A stretch of DNA of 64,000 nucleotides from Actinobacteria bacterium HGW-Actinobacteria-7. Its GTDB lineage: Bacteria; Actinomycetota; Coriobacteriia; Anaerosomatales; PHET01. The stretch covers positions 11,873 to 75,872 of the forward strand of contig PHET01000004.1 in the NCBI GenBank assembly GCA_002841275.1. Direction: 5' to 3'. This document shows, in pieces, positions 59,159-64,000 of the stretch; positions within the stretch are counted from its first letter, which is position 1; each line of letters opens with the position of its first letter. The translations under genes were made by a program, and so were the position numbers. The notes under the pieces are model-generated. The model did no database searches and had not been told where the DNA came from. It saw nothing but the letters and a program-made list of their open reading frames with translations.

Positions 59159-59926
59159 TCAACAACGAGAGCCGCAGACACCAATAAGTGCGCATATTGA
59201 ACATTCAGGGTCGCTAGCGTGGCAGTAGTCCAGCCCAATGATGAACAAGCCATCCCATTCAACAGGGGCATAGGGCGATAGTTCTCTCGCCTTGTCTATT
59301 ACTTCTTGTGGTGAGGCATCCTCGCTTACCAGCCCGAGGCGTGTCATTACTCTTGAACAATGCCTGTCGGGGCTAATGTCCAAGCCAGCGTAGTTGTCCC
59401 ACAGAGTTACTCCATGTGAGAGAACAGCCACACGGCAATACAAGCCCGAAGTCTTAGCCCCATAGCCGCCAAAGGACATCACCCTTTGTAGGAACTGTTG
59501 TCCCGTGGGTTCGTCGGCGTGTAGGAACCTAGCAGAGCCGCCCCACTCGTCTCGTATACGACACATCGCCTGATGGCAGTGTTCAACGGTGTATCTGTAT
59601 CGCAACAGGCTTCCGTTACGACCACCAGCCGCCGCGTAATCACCGTCATCATCAAAGGCAAGCCACTCTAGTAACACATCGTTGTTGATAGTAAAGAGCG
59701 TCAGTGTGTCGTGAATACCTGACCGCATCTTCATCTCGTTGACGAACCCGAGTTCAGTGGCGGAACCCATAGCACGCTCCCACTGAATACCTCTGTTGAC
59801 CAAACAGGATATGAATAGTGAGTTCCAGCCTTCGTCATCAAGAGGCTGTCTGTCCTGCGGTGACCTCGCCATATCACCCCAGAAGTTGTTGGCGGCAATC
59901 TTCCTGATGTAATCAATCCTGTTCAT
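59159..59926 (-). CDS. HhH-GPD / endonuclease III-like DNA glycosylase with [4Fe-4S] motif
   Basis: GYGAKTS (HhH Lys), PDRHCSRV..RLGL (Asp), C-x6-C-x2-C-x5-C. Confidence 0.82.
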   Translation of the reverse strand: MNRIDYIRKIAANNFWGDMARSPQDRQPLDDEGWNSLFISCLVNRGIQWERAMGSATELGFVNEMKMRSGIHDTLTLFTINNDVLLEWLAFDDDGDYAAAGGRNGSLLRYRYTVEHCHQAMCRIRDEWGGSARFLHADEPTGQQFLQRVMSFGGYGAKTSGLYCRVAVLSHGVTLWDNYAGLDISPDRHCSRVMTRLGLVSEDASPQEVIDKARELSPYAPVEWDGLFIIGLDYCHASDPECSICALIGVCGSRC

Positions 59927-60618
59927 CACACGAGACCTTCCACAAGCGCGGGACAAACCTGTTGGGCACAGCACGAAGTGCAACACTCTGGACATCTGTG
60001 GACGCCGTGCCACTCACTCATACACGCGATATCCAAGGGGTAGCGTTCTAATGCTCGCCGCGCCTCTTCCCTCAAAGCGTCATAGCCCGAGGACATAAAG
60101 AACTCGGGCTGGAATGGCTCAACGACAGAGAGCCGAGTAAGCAAGAGAGCGGCACCTGATGTTGGTGTCACGCGAGAATTCGGGTGTCCAAGTATCTTTA
60201 GTAGATAGTTGCCTACGGTCGGCTCGTGGGGTGCCAGTCGTTCCACATACTCACGGACATATCCGCTGTCAGCATCTCTCGCTTCCCGCAAGTCACCATC
60301 AGCAAGGGTCTTTAGGAACCCAAGGATTATCTTGCGGCACTCACTGACTTGCCGTTCTGGAACAGCCCGCAAAGTAGTCCAGATGGCGGTCTCAAGTTCG
60401 CTTCGTCCTACACCTCGGACTTCAGTCAGACTGCGGACGCCTAGATACTCCACCATCCCGCAAATGGCGTAATAGACACCGACTGCACTACCGAAGGCGA
60501 TAAAGTCACCAGAGAGAACAACCGCGAGACATAGCCTCGTCAATTCTTCTTTGTCGTCATAGTTGATTACGGGCAGTTGGATGTTGGAGGGTGGGATTAT
60601 TGCTTGGTAGGCAAGCAA
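59926..60618 (-). CDS. Divergent HhH-GPD-like protein with Cys-rich tail, catalytic motifs lost
   Basis: TVGNYLL.ILG, LLTRL.V, C-terminal CPECCTSCCAQQVCP; TGATG coupling to the downstream glycosylase. Confidence 0.5.
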   Translation of the reverse strand: MLAYQAIIPPSNIQLPVINYDDKEELTRLCLAVVLSGDFIAFGSAVGVYYAICGMVEYLGVRSLTEVRGVGRSELETAIWTTLRAVPERQVSECRKIILGFLKTLADGDLREARDADSGYVREYVERLAPHEPTVGNYLLKILGHPNSRVTPTSGAALLLTRLSVVEPFQPEFFMSSGYDALREEARRALERYPLDIACMSEWHGVHRCPECCTSCCAQQVCPALVEGLV

Positions 60619-61113
60619 GAGGGTTTGTAGTGCTTCCTCGCCTCTTCGTCTGATGGGAACCCCACCCTGTCAATGGAACCATAGTTCTGGTCGACGTCTG
60701 TCTTACCTCAAGTTGTCGGCTACAGCAATGCGAATGGATAGCCTAAATATGGCGACTGAATAAGTAGAGCGTCCTATTGAGAACTATTTGTTCTCTGGTG
60801 GATTAGGGTCTTGTGATTGTGACAAACCAATCCAACGTCTGATTACTAATATTGGGGCGAGCGAACGATACTGAAGGTAGAGTGAGCGAGCATCAAGAAG
60901 GAACAAGTATTGAACAAACAAGGGGCGAGGCTACTGCGCTAAAGAAGACGGTCGTTCGTGTCGCCAGAAGGAACAAATACATACAAATGTCAGGGGCATT
61001 ATTGCGTAACACGAATACCGCAATTCGTAGCACGCCACCTGCGGTTATTCCACCGTGAATATTGTGTGTAGCCTACACAACTAATACCGCGACTATGTTT
61101 ACACTGTAAACAC

Positions 61114-61141
61114 TTGACTGTAGATATGCGCGTGGTATGTT
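61114..61141 (+). promoter_or_regulatory. Sigma70-type promoter of the relaxase-like gene
   Basis: TTGACT-16 nt-TATGTT with TG extension; IR TGTTTACA-C-TGTAAACA just upstream. Confidence 0.5.
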
Positions 61142-61191
61142 TATTTAGTGTCCAGCAGTAACAATTTACTGCGGTATTTAGGGGGCACACG

Positions 61192-62529
61192 ATGGCACTA
61201 TATAACTATCCTGTCGGCGATATTCCTGATGAACTGTTCCAACTCATCAACCTCGGAATTCGCAACGCACGAGACCATTCTGTCGGCACACCTGACAAGA
61301 TAAAGATGACCCTCAAGCAAGCCGAGAAGATGCTTCCTGACGACTTCTCACGGTTCACCGCTTGCCTTCTCGGACGCTACAAACTACTCACCAAAGCAGA
61401 CTTGTTGGTCATCTATCTCACTATCTCTAACGGGTGCGCTGATGGACTGATTGCGTCACTACAACAGCAGTTCGGTATCCCCTTTGATGTCCAGAAGGCT
61501 GTCGGTGGGCTGACCAAGAAGACCTCTGCGAAGAACAAACTAGGGTTTGCGATAGACGACGGCGCGTTCCGCACGATGACCCCAAGCGCCGTGAATGTCC
61601 GTATCCAGACCCAGTTATATGACGAGGGTTTGTCACCCTTCGTTGCGCTCACTCGTCACGGTGTCAAAGCGATGACTTTGCTCGCCAAAGCCAATGGTAA
61701 GAAGTTGTCGGCGAAGGACATCCAGATACCGACGCAGAAGTCCGCTGTCCAAATCCCTAAGTGGTTGCACGAGCGTCAGGTCGGTGACCTCATCGCTATG
61801 ACAATCGCTGGCGCATCATTCACGCACGGCGGGGGCTACAAAGGGCTGAAGACATCTTGCGTTGTGGATGAACTGCTGACCGAGGTTCCCCTGAAGTTCA
61901 AGCACGCTGGAAGCGACCACTACTACAAACCTGACTTGGGGTTGACGCTCACCTATATGGTTGCCAGCGATAAGGGCGTCAAGAAGGACACTATCGTGGC
62001 GTGGGTTGAACACGACACCACGAGCAACGACAAAGATGCGATACAAGGCAAGATAAAGAACCACCTGCTGTATGTCCAAGACCAAGAGGGCAAGCCGCCG
62101 TATCTACTGCTGACATCCAGCAGCGATGAACGGATGCACCAGACAATCGAACCTGCCGTTAGAGACGCTCTCAAGGCTGTTGTCGGTATGTCCTTTGTGG
62201 ACTACACGGAGCAGGTCGGTCGTATCGCGTTCGCCTCTCACAACGATATATCCCTCGTCGGAATGCTCGGTAAGGGCGAAGTGGGGTTATGGCGTAAGTG
62301 GGACTTCAAGAACGAGTGCTTTGAAGACAAGAAGCACACTCTCGTCAGTCTCGACCGCGCTGAGAAGAAGAGTGCCACAACCAACAGCCAGACGGCGGAT
62401 AACCATCAATCGGTTGAGGATATTCGTGAACGTAAGGGTTCTTCGTGCGGTCTTGTCGGATACCGCGATAGCGACATAGAGATAACGCCCGTGAGTGCGC
62501 CGATTGGCTGGCGTGAGGAAGTGGCGTAG
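61192..62529 (+). CDS. Replication-relaxation (Replic_Relax/MOBL-like) family protein
   Basis: LT..G, WLHE..V, YKPD, WVEHDTTS..IQGKI..H, LLLTSS..R pattern. Confidence 0.62.
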   Translation: MALYNYPVGDIPDELFQLINLGIRNARDHSVGTPDKIKMTLKQAEKMLPDDFSRFTACLLGRYKLLTKADLLVIYLTISNGCADGLIASLQQQFGIPFDVQKAVGGLTKKTSAKNKLGFAIDDGAFRTMTPSAVNVRIQTQLYDEGLSPFVALTRHGVKAMTLLAKANGKKLSAKDIQIPTQKSAVQIPKWLHERQVGDLIAMTIAGASFTHGGGYKGLKTSCVVDELLTEVPLKFKHAGSDHYYKPDLGLTLTYMVASDKGVKKDTIVAWVEHDTTSNDKDAIQGKIKNHLLYVQDQEGKPPYLLLTSSSDERMHQTIEPAVRDALKAVVGMSFVDYTEQVGRIAFASHNDISLVGMLGKGEVGLWRKWDFKNECFEDKKHTLVSLDRAEKKSATTNSQTADNHQSVEDIRERKGSSCGLVGYRDSDIEITPVSAPIGWREEVA

Positions 62530-62871
62530 ATGTGCGTCAAACGGAAGTCTAAGTGGAGCATCGGAACACCAGACGAGTTCATTGAAGTCTGGCGAGAAGA
62601 CGACCTCGTCCAGCAGGCGTTGCCACAACTCATAGAGATAATCGCCCGACGCTACTTCGGTGGCGACATCCTCAAAGCGAGTGAATATATCGGGTGGTCG
62701 GTCGTTGAAGGTGCCAAGAACTCAATCGCAAATAGGATTGAGGCTGGCGAATGGGAAGCCTTTGAGGAACTCACACGGACGGACTACAACACCGATGAGG
62801 TCGTTATCCGTGAAGATGCCGAAGAACGAGCAGAACAGATACTTGCTCGGCTCGGTTATCTGGTGGAGTGA
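62530..62871 (+). CDS. Acidic hypothetical protein
   Basis: Abuts the relaxase stop. Confidence 0.55.
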   Translation: MCVKRKSKWSIGTPDEFIEVWREDDLVQQALPQLIEIIARRYFGGDILKASEYIGWSVVEGAKNSIANRIEAGEWEAFEELTRTDYNTDEVVIREDAEERAEQILARLGYLVE

Positions 62872-62883
62872 ACTACTTCGGTG

Positions 62884-64000
62884 CTACGTGCCGAACTTCC
62901 TTAACACAGCCCAAGAACCCTTTGCCCTCTTCACATCGCTCTCGGTAACGAGCAGATAGTGCCATTTGTTCTCAAACTTGCCTGAGTTGTTCACACGGTT
63001 GACCCAGCGCTTCGCCGCATCCCTCTTGGCTTGCACTTCGCCAGTCTTTACCTCGTTGTCCGCCTTTACCTCAATAACCCACTCATCACCGCAAGTCTCC
63101 CGCACGATGAAGTCGGCGTTGTATTGATTACCTTCGGCTGTCCACACGATACGAAGTTCACCCGTGTGCAGCCTGACCCAGCGCTCAATAGCGTCATCGG
63201 CATCAATCAGGTTGGCAAACGATAGTTCTGGGCTGCTGTCAAACCACTCAAGCGAGTAGAGCGACTTGTTCCAGCCCTCATAAGCAACCAACTTTGAGAA
63301 CACGCCATATCTGTCTTTGCTAGGTGGACGGGTGCAGAGCCTCTGCGAGTTGAACTGAACGACGTCGACCTCGTCAGCCATAGTCGGCATCGGCGCGACC
63401 TTCTTATATTCCTCGTTCACTTTGTTGCAGAGTTCAGCGGCTGCCCTGTCGTGGAACGCGGACAGCAGCCTCTCTGCGTCCTTACCAAGCCCAGTGATAA
63501 GGGCATCTACAATCGCTGCGGCAGCACGCTTCTGTGAGCCTTGTGTGTCTTCTCGTGCGGTGATGATAGACAAGGCAAGAACGATGTCTTGCAGGCTGGC
63601 ACGCGAGCCATCAAGGGGAAACGTCAACATTGATGCCGCCACCTTGTCAGCAGCGACTTCCGTAGTCATTACAACGTGCTTAAACCCGCTGTCGTCTTGA
63701 ACGATATGCGCCCCTACCAACACCCGACGCAACACACCATCTGGGTCGGCAGCGATACGCCGTCCGAGGTCAGTGAATACATTTAGGTCGGCGATATCGG
63801 AGAGCGAGAACTCTACCTTGATGCTCTTTGGACGAACCCGAGGAACAGAGATGCTCGTTGACGGCAAGACAGCGACTTTGAGGTTGTTCGCTTCCTCGGA
63901 TGCAGACTTATCACGACGTTCTTGCTGAACGAGCGTCGGCGTGCCTGCTGTTATTACTTCAGTGCCATCAGGCGTCTGCAAGCCGTTGTTGACTGGCTCT
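62884..64000 (-). CDS. Type III restriction enzyme Res subunit, C-terminal part
   Basis: FDSSPE..FA..ID, YNADFIV, IEVK, AKRDAAKRW, WHYLLV.E; ORF stays open to the window edge. Confidence 0.82.
   Translation of the reverse strand, partial: EPVNNGLQTPDGTEVITAGTPTLVQQERRDKSASEEANNLKVAVLPSTSISVPRVRPKSIKVEFSLSDIADLNVFTDLGRRIAADPDGVLRRVLVGAHIVQDDSGFKHVVMTTEVAADKVAASMLTFPLDGSRASLQDIVLALSIITAREDTQGSQKRAAAAIVDALITGLGKDAERLLSAFHDRAAAELCNKVNEEYKKVAPMPTMADEVDVVQFNSQRLCTRPPSKDRYGVFSKLVAYEGWNKSLYSLEWFDSSPELSFANLIDADDAIERWVRLHTGELRIVWTAEGNQYNADFIVRETCGDEWVIEVKADNEVKTGEVQAKRDAAKRWVNRVNNSGKFENKWHYLLVTESDVKRAKGSWAVLRKFGT

Larger units (their letters stand above)
42564..64000. mobile_element. Element 2: AT-richer integrative element (ICE/prophage-like), continues beyond the window
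   Basis: Starts at the tRNA half; abrupt composition change; integrase, relaxase-like gene, many small phage-like ORFs; no virion genes recognised in the window. Confidence 0.85.

Noticed and set aside
42611-64000. Calling element 2 a prophage
   Set aside because: No capsid, terminase, tail or lysin genes recognised in the window; the relaxase-like gene points to an ICE/IME, and the class stays unresolved

Overview
High-GC actinobacterial chromosome segment (Coriobacteriia-like by inference from the RodA-PbpA fusion and secreted-protein style) followed by two tandem integrated elements. (1) 1-19.9 kb, host: marR, an extra membrane Ser/Thr kinase, the fhaA-fhaB-pstP-rodA/pbpA(fused)-pknB cluster, a tandem array of three secreted paralogs with a DUF916-like partner, an ABC-F ATPase, and two secreted proteins sharing a basic C-terminal domain. 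(2) 19.9-42.6 kb, island 1, bounded by a 47-bp direct repeat containing only the 5' half of tRNA-Arg(CCT): C-protein-controlled type II RM system, DUF262/DUF1524 nuclease, other putative defence genes, a small HUH Rep, DUF5131, and two tyrosine integrases. (3) 42.6 kb to the window end, element 2, more AT-rich and with no GATC found on manual scan: divergent integrase, MT-A70-HTH fusion, two Flp-pilin-headed adhesin-like proteins, an intact TnpB with a 3' omegaRNA-like structure preceded by a RuvC-less TnpB/Cas12f-like half protein and a 1.4-kb structured non-coding region, a Zn peptidase, paired HhH/Fe-S glycosylases, a Replic_Relax-type relaxase and the 3' end of a type III restriction subunit. 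The best candidate for an undescribed system is the half-TnpB + TnpB + omegaRNA locus upstream of the Flp-pilin genes. All family calls are from motif recognition by eye; no searches were run.
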